64,000 bases of DNA from Corallochytrium limacisporum Hawaii (lineage: Eukaryota > Protista > Pluriformea), in contig PDIP01000011.1 of NCBI GenBank assembly GCA_002811645.1, forward strand, positions 214,133 through 278,132, read 5' to 3'. The notes below the pieces were generated by a model that saw only the letters and a program-made list of their open reading frames with translations, was not told the origin of the DNA and did not search any database. Shown one piece after another: positions 34,249-47,300 of the stretch. Position 1 is the first letter of the stretch. Each line of letters begins with the position of its first letter. The position numbers and the translations under genes were made by a program.

Positions 34249-36262
34249 TCGGGAAAAAGAAAAGATCGGGACGAGCATACACCAAAGATCCTCTGCTCAT
34301 ACAGCCGACCGCAAACATACGCAAAACCTACAGCTCCGAACATGGTCCGCAGCGCTCACAGAGCCCAATAGGCAAATGAGAAGCCCTGCGCTCCCCACTC
34401 CGGACTGTTCAGAACCCATAAAAAAGTGTGGATCATAGCCCACACCAAGAGGAACCCTTGGTTGTCACGATCGACGGGTAGTGGCCAACCTGACTCCCGA
34501 CTTTCTCCCGTTGGACATTGCGATTCGCACACACGCTTGCTTCCGGCCAACGTACGTACCTACCGTAGATCCGTTCCCCTTATCATCGCCCAACCAGGGG
34601 TAACCATACAGCCAACCACCACACAGCCAACCGGGCGGGCACCCTCTGCGGGAGGCGGGCAAAGCCACGGAAGATCAAGCAATGAACGGCCTACTAGCTG
34701 TCATCCACCACCATCCAGCGGCATCATCGAAAATAAACCAGATAGATCATGATGATGGTGCATGATACATGTTCACCGAATGTCAAAACTCATTCCGATG
34801 GCGTGATGATAGTATGCTGCTCTGGTACGTAGTTTTCGATCGACTCGCCATGGCCCGTACCAACTTGTTGCGTTCCTTGTTCCGTCCTTCGGCCTCTCTC
34901 TCTCCCTCTCTCTCTCTCTCTCCCCTTCCACCATTGCCCACGCGACCGGTCCCGCCGCCGGTGGCGGTCTCCAAACCACCTCTCCCCCCTTCCCCTCCTC
35001 AAACGCTAACAAAACCAAAGATAGAGAAAAAAACAAACAAAAAAGAAATGGAAAAGGAAAAGTTGAAACCTGCGGTGGCCCCCAAACTCCGCCGCGGGGG
35101 GGGGGTTGGTTCTCCCCAATCAACCGTTTTTCCTTCCTTCCTTCCGACCCTCCCTTCTCCTCCATTCGATGATTTCAGATACAAATTCAAGTATCTCATA
35201 TAAAATATACTGCATAATTGTTCCTCTTTGATCGCGTTCTCGGCCGATCGTCTCGGTTCCTCGTTTCGCCCCGATCGATATCCCCCGCCGGGGGGGGGGG
35301 TAGGGCCCCTGTGTGTTTGTGTGTGCTGCGGCCCTCTGAGATCCATTTTTTCATTTTTTTCTCTGTTTCTGCCCCTAATCTTTTTGCGTCGCTTGCGCCG
35401 CGCGACTCACCGAACCTTCCTTTTCGTTCGTTCCTTCCTTCGTTCGTTCGCTATTCGTTCTTGGCCCGGCCTTCTCCCTGCACTCCGTCTCTCTCTCTCT
35501 CTCTCTCCCTCTCTCTCGCGCTCTCCTCGGTTGACTCTGCGGCGTCCCGGGGCAACTCTCTGGCCGTTTTCCCTTGCTGCGATTGGCCCATTCGGACTCG
35601 CGGCGGGTCTGGGCGAAGGAAAAACGCTGCAAAGCGTCGAAGAAAAAAAATAAACGGCCCAAATTAAAAAAAAAGAAAAGAAAAGAAATAAAGAAAGAAC
35701 AAAGGAAAATTAGAAAGGAAAGACCCCTGTGGCCAGGAAATCGAAACTACTAGTTTTTTTTTATCTTTTCTTTTCTAGCATCTCCCGAACCGTGGAGCGT
35801 GGGCCACTGTTCCTTTGCTCACGGCAGTGTGTGGCCAGGGAAATGGAGAAGAACTGTCGAAGCGGAAGCCCGGGTTTTGGTTGGTGGGGGTTGGGCGGTT
35901 GGTGAGAAATGAGAGAAGTTTTCTTGCAATTTTTCTACCGCACCAAACACCCGCCCGCACATGGCTCCGTGTCACCGTTCGTTTTCTCCGGTGAAGAATG
36001 GATAGAAAGAGAGTAGAGAGAGAGTAGAGAGAGAGGGAGAGAGCTACGGGCGGGTGCGCAGAGAGAGGCCTGCAGGAATTTTGCCCCATTTTTTTCTTTC
36101 CTTTTCTTTGCTCTCTCTCTCTCTCTCTCTCGCTCTCTCGCTCTTGCTTCAGCGTTTCCCGGCTTTGTCTGCCCTTTCTTTTTTTCTGTTTTGGATCCAT
36201 TCTTTTAAAAACTCCGGTGTCGGTCACTTTCTTCTCTCCGCGCGTATCGCCTTGGAAAGGCC

Positions 36263-36264
<2 letters not shown>

Positions 36265-36335
<71 letters not shown>

Positions 36336-36399
36336 AGAGTGTGAGAGAGAGAGAGAGAGAGGGAGAGGGAGACAGAGAGAGAGGGTGTGTGTGTGTGTG
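36265..36399. repeat. (GA)n microsatellite of about 30 perfect units, then imperfect GA and (GT)n
   Basis: Directly visible. Similar GA/CT tracts lie near 20893, 26570, 30740, 31505, 33905, 34190, 34895, 35490, 36110 and 50891. Confidence 0.95.
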
Positions 36400-36982
36400 G
36401 GCCGCACCTTGGATTTTGGAGTGTGTGGTGAGTGTGCTGATCAGGAGAATGGTTGTCACATCGAAACTCTGGAGCATACACGAACGTTTTCTCGTGGTCT
36501 CTGTGGGGTATTTGACAGCTTGTGCCATAAGTCATGAAGAAAGAACGGTCGATAAGTAAGGTGTGTACAGTGACCACAAGTCACTTCTGGAACCAAGAGA
36601 TCGGGGAGTGCACCAGGGAAACGGTGGAAAAGACACAGTCATTTGCGCCCCTGTTGCTCGTATTCTTGCAAGCACGACTCAAGGCTGTTTAGCAACTACG
36701 GTCAACACGGATTGAGAGAGAGAGAGAAATATCAGGATCTAGTTTGGAATAGTTTGACAGATTAGCAAGGTGGATGCACCATGGCATAGAGTGAAACTGT
36801 GGAAAAGTGAGAGGAGTACGTGGCGTTTAAAAGTAATAGCGAGAGAGTTTTCGTAACAGTCTGCCTTGTTCTTGACAGAAATTTTCCTGTTTGACTGGGT
36901 TATAGGTAGATACGGTAGCGACACTGTAGGTTCACGGTAATAGGAGTAAACAACACCGACTGACACAGACAACAGAGCAACA

Positions 36983-38005
36983 ATGTCCCTCGCCAAACTC
37001 ACGAAAAAGCTGGGCAAGTACCGCCCCAGACACGGCAAGACAGATATCGAAAAGGTCTACAAGTTTGGCAAGGAACTAGGCACAGGATCTTTCGCGGTGG
37101 TGCGCCTGGGCACCCGCAAGGATAATGGTCAGAAGGTCGCGCTTAAAATCATTGACAAAACACTCTGTGTGGGCAAGGAGGCCATGATTGAGACTGAGGT
37201 AGCTGTCATGCGCAAGGTCTCTCATCCGCACATAGTAAAACTAATCGAAGAGTATGACACAGAGGACAAACTGTATCTTGTGCTGGAGTACGTGAGTGGT
37301 GGTGAATTATTTGATCGGATAGTCGAGGACGGAAATTTTACGGAAAAAGACGCCGCACGAATCACAAGGCAAATGACAGAGGCAGTCAAACATCTTCATG
37401 ACCTGGACATTGTCCACCGAGACTTGAAACCGGAGAATATTTTATTCAGCGATCCGTCGGCCTCCGCCGACGTAAAGGTGGCCGATTTCGGTCTGTCCAA
37501 GCTTGTCAATGACGACATTGTGCTGCAGACAGCGTGTGGCACCCCCAACTATGTGGCACCAGAAATTCTTAGGCAGCAGGGCTACTCTAAACCTATCGAC
37601 ATGTGGAGCATTGGCGTGATTGCGTACATCATGCTGTGCGGATATCCTCCGTTTTATGATGAGAGTGATCCAGTGCTCTTCCAGAAGATCATGAAAGGCC
37701 GCTTCGAGTTTAATCAGTCATATTGGCGCCACATTAGCAGCCAGGCCAAGGATCTCATTTCACGACTGCTCATTGTTAAACCAGACCAGCGATTGACTGC
37801 GGACCAAGTCCTGCAGCACCCATGGATCAGGGGCGGGGCACCGGCAGTGAACATCTCTGAGTCCCTGAGCCAGAATTTGGAGGACTACAACGCCAAACGG
37901 GCTCTGCGTAAGAACATGAAGGCTGTGCAAGAGGCCAACCAGGCACGGAATCTGAACCCAGCCCGGAATGATTTGCAGAGCGTTGGGGATCTTCGCCCGA
38001 TCTGA
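36983..38005 (+). CDS. Ca2+/calmodulin-dependent protein kinase (CaMKI/IV-like), copy B
   Basis: LGTGSFAVV, ALK, GGELFDRI, HRDLKPEN, DFG, TACGTPNYVAPE, regulatory segment LEDYNAKRALRK. Confidence 0.95.
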   Translation: MSLAKLTKKLGKYRPRHGKTDIEKVYKFGKELGTGSFAVVRLGTRKDNGQKVALKIIDKTLCVGKEAMIETEVAVMRKVSHPHIVKLIEEYDTEDKLYLVLEYVSGGELFDRIVEDGNFTEKDAARITRQMTEAVKHLHDLDIVHRDLKPENILFSDPSASADVKVADFGLSKLVNDDIVLQTACGTPNYVAPEILRQQGYSKPIDMWSIGVIAYIMLCGYPPFYDESDPVLFQKIMKGRFEFNQSYWRHISSQAKDLISRLLIVKPDQRLTADQVLQHPWIRGGAPAVNISESLSQNLEDYNAKRALRKNMKAVQEANQARNLNPARNDLQSVGDLRPI

Positions 38006-38306
38006 GACCTGGAATGGACCAACACACCACAGAACAAAGTAAAATGAAAAAAACATCTTTTATTACCATCTATTAGAACGGGCTTGCAGGACCTTTCCCT
38101 TCGCAGGAGACAGTCAACCAGGGTCATACTTCTTATCGTCCTGATTTTCATTTTCGAACATTATTTTAAAAAGCTAAATTCTATTCATTGCAATGTGAAA
38201 AGTTGTCTCGGCTACGTATCGGCACTCTCGAGGAGTGTTCTGGTCGGTGGCTGACGAACCTCTTTGACAAATATTGCCAGGGGTCCCCAATCAAGTCAAG
38301 GGGGGT

Positions 38307-41300
38307 TCACCGTTGGTACGTAGGCCGTTGCACCGCCGATCGGTGCCGGCTCGGCCTCGGTGGTGGCACCGGTTTACCGTCCGGGCCCACCAACTGTGCA
38401 GCGGCCGCATCGTCAGTAGTGACACCCACCGCTGGCAGAGACCGTGCCGGTCCCACTGAGGCGAGGTCGGCTGCCGCTTCCTCAGACTTCAGTTGCGCAG
38501 CCACGGCGTGGCCTTGCGCAGTAGAGAGTGTGTGGCCCCGCGTCCGCTGGGGCGGCGGAGGCGGGCGTTGCACTGCGCCGGCCACCGCAGCTGATCCTGC
38601 ACCTGAGAGGTCCGGAGCACTGCTGCCAACAGCCCCCGCCGTGGAGCGCGGAGGCAGCGGAGGCGCTACAGCAGCAGAGACCCGCGCCGTAACGTCGCCG
38701 CTGGCTGACGGGTCAGCCATGCGATTCGGCTCGCGGGGACTGGCCCGGCGGGTTGGTCGGCGCACTGACCCATGCATTCCGCTGCCGTGATCACCAGGAT
38801 CTGCGGAAACTGAACGCGCCGAAATCGAGGCACTGCCACCGGAGTCCATCGCACGTGACCGCAACGGTGACGATTCGGCCGGTACACCGGCACCCAAACT
38901 CGGGTCCTCCAGGGAAACCGCACGGTTTAGTCCCCCGGGCATGGATCGGGCCGCCGCGGCGTTCGACGCAGTGACTGACGAGCGCATACCACCAGTACTT
39001 CCCACAGAGTCCAAGTCTGCCGTGCTGCGTCCATGCTTGGCTAGAATCTGCTGTGTAAGTTCCTGGAGCATTTCCTGGGATCCTTCAAACTGGGGTCCTC
39101 GGTTGCCGGCAGCGCTGCCTCTGCCACGCATCGTGGCAAAGTGCGGTGGTACCTTCGGTGGCCCAACCGATTCATCACTGCGCGTCCGGTGTGCAGCTGC
39201 GCTGATGGGGTCTAACGATCCTGTGGTCTCCGGAGCCACGCCGTCTGCTCCCGAATTCTCGCGAGACGGCCGCGTACGCCGAGGACTGGCCACGGGCGAG
39301 GATTCCTCAGGGGTTCGGGCTCCTGTGGCCGCCGTTAATCCCACACCTGCGGCTGCAACCGCTGCGCCTTCTCCACTGCCACCGGCGCTTGACATCGTCG
39401 TCGCAACCGATGTCTTGGGAGTGTCTGTGTCAATGTCCACACTACTGTCCATGTCCCGCACAGAAGGCCGCGTCTTCGGCGGCAATTGGGGTTTCAAAGC
39501 TTGGGGCAGTCCTCTTCCGGCTTCTTCGCGCAAAGCAGTCGAGGACGAAGCCGCGCTAACTGTACCCGTCCGACTGCTCGCTGCAGACGCAGTTGCCGAA
39601 GAATTGGTGGTCTTTAGCATGCCCGAACCGGTGGCCGATGGAGCCTTGGCCTGGGACGCAAGGTTGGGCATAGATCCACCAAGGGACGCTGTGCCGTCGA
39701 GGGTAGTACTGCTGGGCAAATCCTCATCGTCACCGGGAGCTGTTGCGGCTTCACCAATCCCGTAGCTCCTGGGAAGCTTAACACTCACATCTTCGTGCTC
39801 CACGTAATCCTCGGTCTCTTCGTCAAGGTCACCTCCAGTGGGCAAAGCAAAGTCCGCATCGTCTTCGACTCCAAAGTTCTCGAGGAAATCAAACTCCGCG
39901 AGTGCGGTGACCACTTCAACGTCCTGGAAAAAGTCACGGTATGTGTCTTTGAAAGTGCCTTCTTGGAAGGAATCCCCAAGCACGTCGACAGATTCAGTGT
40001 GGTGGGGTTCGTGATCCGACTCGTCATCCTCGTGTCCTTTCTCTGGACCGTGGTCAAGATCATCCGCGTCTGCGGCACGTTCGTTGTGGTCTGCCCCAAT
40101 GGTCGAGTCTTCCGAGATGAGATCTGCTGGGATGGTGTTGCCCTCCTCCTGCTTGGCACGGTACTCATCAAAACCATGATCCTCATCAGGATGCGATCCG
40201 ACCGGGGACAGCACACGTTCTGTCAGTGTACGCCGTGTGTCGTCGTCTTGGCGGTCAGAACCGTCCACGTTCTTCTTGGATGGATCAGTGCTTACTAACA
40301 CTGAGTCTGCAACTTGATCATCATCATCATGCTCTTCATTGTCGAACATATCTCCTGAGACAGAGTAAGCTATGGCCTCCGTGGCCACAAAGAGTCCGAC
40401 CAAATGCCTGAAGAGTTCTCCGACAGTTGCCGGGGGCGGTTCCCTCGCACTCGGGGGTAGTAGAATCGTATTTTCGGCCATGCTGGGTTGGCCCTGACTC
40501 GAACCACCCGCGCCACCACTGCTTGTTCCGTCGCCGGAAAAGGGGTTGTAGAAATACGACTCCTCGTCGCCTGGTTCAATATTGAATGGATCCAAAGGAT
40601 TACTGGCACCGCTCTTGGCACTGCCACTAATGCTTACGACCGTAGACATGAAGCCTAAAAGCGCATCAAAGCCATCTGCGACCTTGAGCTTCAGGACCAA
40701 CTTTCGCACCAGCGGCATGGCCACATGACCCATATAGAACTTGTGCGTTGCGGCATGGCGGAAGATCTGAGCCAGTGTGCCAAGGTGCTGGGCCACGTCC
40801 TGGCCACTACACACATCAATCAAATCCGCCAGCAAATCGCACGTGTAGACAAGGTAGCGAGGGAACGCCGATGACATAACAAAACGAACCAAATCGTCAT
40901 TCCATTGCTCCAATTTGCGCGTGTCCAAAAACCCTTGTGCTGTACCTCCGGTTGCGGCATTCGCTCCGGCTGGGACAGCGACACTCATTCGCGAAGCGGC
41001 CGCGCGCATTTGTCCACCGGTTCCGGCGCCACCTCCTTGGGCTCCAAGTTCTGTTGCTCCACTGGCCGCGGCCATGAGCACCGAGTACTGTAGACATACT
41101 TTAGCAAGATTAGTGTAGCCAAGTGTTTCAGCCTGACCACTCAACGTCTCCATCAGCTTGAACGCGATGATGTCGCGGGAAGGCATGTGCATAAAGGTCA
41201 CAGGTGTTGGCGAGGATCCAGAGCCACCGAGCATATCCGTCGAGGCCGAGTTTAAGGAAGGCCCCTGAGGCGCCAGCATAGTCGCGCTTAGGCCTGTGTC

Positions 41301-44300
41301 CATGTCTCCGGGATTACCGGGCGCCATGGAGAAGCCTACGGCTGTCTGTCCAACCGCCACCGACGGCAGGACTGGACAGCGCACACCTTGGACGGCCTTG
41401 GGATTCTCCAGCAGGAACTTGCGCCAAATTTCAAATGGTTTCCGTGCAGAGTCGACCTCGGCAAAGAATTGGTTCGCGGCGGCAGACGGCAGGCGCGGAT
41501 TCTCGTCTGCGGCCACCACGGCCACGCGTCCGTCACCGAGAGAGCTGCGCTTCGGGTGCTGTGCTCCCGTCGCATCATTGACAGTGATGGAACTTCCATG
41601 ACCATGCACACCTCCCGTTGCGCTAGATGTCGCACTGCCATCTAAGCCCGGGCCCTTGCCACCATTTGGAGTTCCACCACTGCCTGGCACCTGTCCGTAC
41701 TGAAGATTTGTTGACGCACTGCGCGCACGCCGAACGCCATCCGCACCACCTGCAGCGGCACCACTTGGTCCCACTCCAATGCCACCATCGTCTGACACCA
41801 TGCTCAACGCATCCACTCCAGTCCGCAGACGGTTCACCAGCAGTGGCAGCACGGTCATCGTTGTAAACACGAAACCTGTGTTGGGGTCATGGCTTACAAA
41901 GCGGTTGGGCAGGTACGGGCTCAAAGCAGCGGCCAAGGTCAGGCAGAAATCCACTGTTACATTCTGCTCACCCCCGTAGAAAATGCCACCCGGGGCCAAC
42001 GCCAGGTTCCAGGCTGTGGGAGTCACACACTGCTGTCGTTTACACAAAATGTTCTCAATGAGGACAAGCAAGCCCGGGAACTTTGACGTCGCATCAGCAT
42101 TATCACTGCTCTCCTTTGTGTCATGGGATTCCAGCGTGGGATCCCGTAGTCCATTTTTGGGCGCCACAAAACCTTGCTTAGACGGGCTCCAAAGTTCCTC
42201 AACTACGAGCGTGGCAGAGACCATGGCTTCATCAAGGTACCGCACCCCGCTGCCATCATCCTCCAAAATGTCATAGTACCAGAGAGTGTCCAGCAGAAGC
42301 CCGACGCCATGCCTGAATTCCTGCGCAACAGGCGAGGTGAGCAGACATGCAGCAGTGCTCAAAAAGATGGCGACTTGGTTCGTATCTCTCATGTTGGACA
42401 TGTAGAGCATGCTTCGCAGAGTCTTCATTGTCTCCACACAGTATGCCGTCCGTTCGGCCATCTCTTTGGCAAGTTTGCGCACATTGGACCCACCCTTACC
42501 TCCACCGGCAGTGCTGCGCTTAGATGCAGTGGAATTGTATGTTCCTGTGGTTCGGACGGTGTCACCGGCACCCAGATCGGACTCGACATTACCACCCACA
42601 AGCGGCATGATCCGGCCCAGGTGCTCCAGTACATTAGCACGGGAAATTGGCGCCTTCAAGAAACGCCTGACGAGTAGCGAGGGCACAGCATAATTACGAT
42701 AGATCGACTGTGTACTCCATCGATGGCTCACGGCGGCCCATTTCGTCTCTAGATCAGTTGTCATGTGATCAAAATTGCGCAGCACAAACGCAACATAGTC
42801 TTGAACGTCGTGCTCAGTGAGCAGCAAGCCTGTACCCGCACTGCCCCCGCCGGAGGCACCAGCAGAATGCCCCTGGGGTAGGTTCTTGGCCGTGCGTAGA
42901 GGCTCAAATTGTTTGCGAAAGAGCAATAAGTGCTCCGGATGCGTTGGAGCGGGAACAATCTTGGCCGCAGCGGAGGTTGCCGAGCCGCTCGCAGCGGCTG
43001 GCACAGCTGACGACCCCGCGCCTCCCACTGCAGAGCGCGCCCCGGGACTGCTACTGCTGCTCAGGGCTGCGGCGCTCGACGGTGCCGCCGTGTTGAGCAT
43101 GCCTTCGGAGCTGCTGGTGCGCCGCATTCCGGCACTCCCGGGTGCTCCTGCTGCGGTGGTGGCCGAAGTAGAGCTGCTGTCCCGGCACGTCTCCAACAGA
43201 TTCTGTAGTAACTGTGCTGCCTGTTCACTTACGTCAATGTTTCCTTGGATTGAAATGAGCAGGATGCAGTGCATAATGTCCGGTAGATATGTGGCAAAAA
43301 ATTGTTTAAATGTTTGCTCATAGACCAGATCTCGAAGCAACATAACCCCAATATCAAATTCCGTATACGGTGCCATTATGTCAACAGCAAACGGTACTAA
43401 ATCAATCAGTGGTCCAAACATCATGCCGCGTTGCATGGATTCACGCTTGCGTAATCTGCGCTTGAGGTGGCCAGTAGCGTACGTAAACCGAGAATTGCTG
43501 CTTCCACGGTTGGCGCTGCCGCCACTTCCGCGCGTGGCGGTGGTAGCGGTACCGTCGTTGAGGGTTCCCATTGACCGTTCAGTCAGCGGCCCTGTGCCCG
43601 TCGAGCTCATGCTTATGTGGCTGTCCGCGGCAGCGAGATTGTTACCCGTGCTGCCGCCGCCACTGCTACTGTCCTTGGAGACTCCACTGAAAATGGCGTC
43701 CAGTAGACTATCGCTGCCACTTGAGTCTTCACGGCGATCGGTGGTCTTTATGCGTCGTGCACCATTGAGACCCCAGCTGGCACTATTCACCTGCCTGGAT
43801 TGCCGGCGATTGCTGCCCCCGGCGTGCTGCATGGCACGCAACATCAACGCTAGCACTTCGCTCAAACGCTCACTCTGGTGCCGACTAAGGATAGCAATAA
43901 CACGCCGCGAATACTCCATGGCCTGCGGACTGCTCACGGCCATGTTGTACTCAATCATGAAGCGCACACATTCATTGAAATGTTGCACCTCCTGTGTGGC
44001 AATGCGCCAAAGGTACTCAATCTCTTGCGGATAGTCATCTTCGTTGATGGAAGTGAGGTAGAGCAGTACCTCGAACAGTTCACGCAGCTGCAGTGCCGGG
44101 GTGGCCTGATCCTCTACAATGCACAGAATCCATGGCGATATAAGCTGCAAAATGTTCCTACGGTTGGCTCGACCTGCCACAAGGAAGCGCCGGGCCATCT
44201 CTCGGATGACCATCAGTGGGCTACATAAGGCGTAGTCTTGCGATCGCACACGGTCTTGGCCCCTGATTACAATCGCCTTATCTCCCGGGGTGGGCAAACC

Positions 44301-47300
44301 GTAGTCTCCAGCGTGGCTAAGCAATGATGGCTTCCTTTCCAGCGCCACATCTTCCCAAAACTTTTGCGACATGGCCAGGGCCTGTGAGAATTGTTGTTGT
44401 GAATCACGATACGTTCCCGGCAGCGGGGAGCTCACTGAAGACAAATGGGCGTCGTCCCAGTAGCGCTGGCCAGATTCGCAGTCAATTGTAGCTGATCTTA
44501 CTGTCTGCCCTTTACCCATCGTCGCATAGTGCAGGACTGGGACGACCATAAACGACGGCGGGAAGATCTCTTCGAACAGCGCTACGGCCGCTAAACGGAT
44601 ATCTACGCGGTAGCTGCCGAGCATGTAAAGAGTGACAAAGAGGAGAGAGCTGGCATTATTGGTCTGCAGTTGCAATTTCCATGCTTCTCTGCGGCCCTCA
44701 TGCAGATCCGGATCGGTTAGCACACGGCAGAGGGCTGTGAAGTAGCCTCGTGTCACAAAGATTGTGGAACCATTGAAGCAGCGTGCCAGCACACACTCAA
44801 GTAGTGAGGGCATAAGATTAGTATGCCTCAGGAGGTGCTCAAGTGCGCTGATGCCCGCTCGATACGAGTCGTCGGAAGATGGAACGTCTGGGCCACCACC
44901 AGAGCCGCTACCGCCGCGAACCCCGAAGCCACTGCCACGACCACCACCGTAGCCACTGCCCGCGGCGGCAGACTTGGCGCCGTCCGCTACAGTCAGTGCT
45001 GATGACCGTCGGCTGAAGTCTGCCTTTGCCGTGGCCACTGCCACTGCAGCACCACTGCCACCTCCGGGCACACTGTCTACTGTGCCCGTGCCCCCGGGTG
45101 TCTGTCCAGTGTAGGACAATCCGCGCGGCCTAGGTAGACCGCTGCCGATTGTGAGCGGATCGCCCGGTCCAATCACGGCCGAATTGAGGGCTGGATTGGA
45201 AAGAAGCACATCGATCCATTGGACAAAGTACGATGTCGCATCAATGGGCCGTCCATCAAATGGATGGCCCATGCACATGGACGCCATGGCATGGTTACAG
45301 CAATCGTAGAGCAAAATGTTGAGTGTGTCTGTATACTCCGCGGCCGCTTTGGCCCCACCATCGCCCGCACGGATGCCACCGCTGCGGCCGAAGCCGCCAG
45401 AGCTCGAGCTATCAGTATACGCCATCAAGGGACTCGGCAGAGCGGCCATAATCAGACCTCGGGGTCGCTGGGCCAGCTCAAAATCTGGATCATCATCTCC
45501 TGCTAACGGCCCACCTCCACCAGGCCCACCAAAGGCACTGCCTCGCGTGTTGGCGCCACCGTGTGCGGACGAAGCGTTGTTGCTAAACCCGCGGTGATGA
45601 TGCTTGCCGATGGCTCCCGCAAAAATGCTCGCACCTGGCAGGCTGGCGTGCCCGCTCGAACTACCTCCGCCGGCGCCCGTCTGCAGGCCAACTGCACCGA
45701 GGCTGCCCTGCCCACCGACTGGCTTTCCAAAGACTCCGTTCCAATTTGACAACAGGAAGAACGCGCTCAGGCGTACTTCTTTGGGTAGCAGGCGCTCTAG
45801 GGCGTCTGCGTCACGTCCGCAGGCCGTGCATAGATTGAATATGTACGTCGCATACTCCCAGCGCATGCGCAGGTAGCAGTCTTCGTTTTCGGCGTGGTAT
45901 TCGACTTCGAGACAGCCTTTGATTGCATCCGAGTAGGCGGTGAGCAATGTAGCAATGGTCGGGTGGCTCAACACAAGACATTCCTGATTGTAAGTGATGC
46001 CCGAATAAATGCGGGCCAAATGCAGGCGCATGATCTCGCGCCGCCGGCGCTTCTTTGCGCTGTCGTCCTTGGACGAAGATGCCCTGAAAGTCTCCTCAAC
46101 GAGCGGCCGCAGTTCTGTCAGAACAGCCTCTAATGAGTCGGGATGCACAAAACCGAGCGCCTGGACCACAGGTCCTACTATCATCTCGTTTTCATTGCGC
46201 AACAGAGGCAGTAAGGAGCCAAGGATTTCCTTCATAGACAATCCAGAGCTACGGCCCTGCGCTCCTTTCCGAGACAGCGCCGAGGATGGCGACCCGACCT
46301 CTACGGCAGAGTCCTGTAGAGCGAGGAGCGACCCTTGCGTCAATGAGATCGGGCGCGACGAAGGGTGTACATTTGCCGACATGGTTGCCTGCGTTGCGGT
46401 CGAGCCACGATGGTGGCCAGTGACACCAGGCGCGCTGGCCGTGGAATCATCGTGATTTGACAGACCACCGGTACTCCGCCGACTGTGTCGCCTGTCAACG
46501 GCCGCCGTCTCCGATAGAACGCGCGGAAAAACGCGGCCCGAGTGCTCGGAGGCATCGCTCGAAGCCGGGCCGCGGCGGTGAAGGGGCATTGCCACATCTT
46601 CTGGAGCACTCGACGATGGCCCACGGAGATCTTGGCCAGCCGCAGCATACCCCCCACCCACGTCCGAACCCGCTGCAGATGTAGACACAGAGGAATCATT
46701 GAGTCCAGCGCCAACACTGCTAACGCCGGAGTACACTCGTCCGCCGTTCATACCAGTCCCCGTGGGCCCTGGGGTTCGCACTGCTGCGGCCGTGGCGAGA
46801 CCAATCGATGTCACTGCCGACGCAGCATAGGACATAAGAAGGCATCGCCAGAGCACGTGTGCACCACCCGCTGTGAATTTGTCCGAAAATTGACCCGCGT
46901 TTAACATTTCAATACCAGCCATGAGTGACTTGCTCATATGCCAACCACCGTCGCTGGCATCACCACCGCAAACCAACTGGGACAGAGAGACCAGACGGCA
47001 CGCAAAGTTGCGCTTGAGCACACTCAAAAGACCCCAGCATTGCTGCGGGGGGAGAGCTCGCAAGAAATCACCAACGGCATTGTTCCAAGCCACTTCATTC
47101 ATAAGACGTGCACGCGTCTGGCGCCGGCTCGTCGGCTGGGCCTGCTTGCCGCTCGCCATTGCAAATTCACACAAGTGGTCCGTGAGCGCAGACGATGTGG
47201 CGATAGTTCCGGCTCGAAGCTGCAAAACGTCGGCTGCCATTGAAGCGAGCGGTGACGACGGGACACGAATCGGCGAGGAAGCGCCACTAACGGGCATCTG

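Noticed and set aside
34749-34830. C/D snoRNA candidate with two TGATGA boxes
   Set aside because: No terminal CTGA or closing stem.
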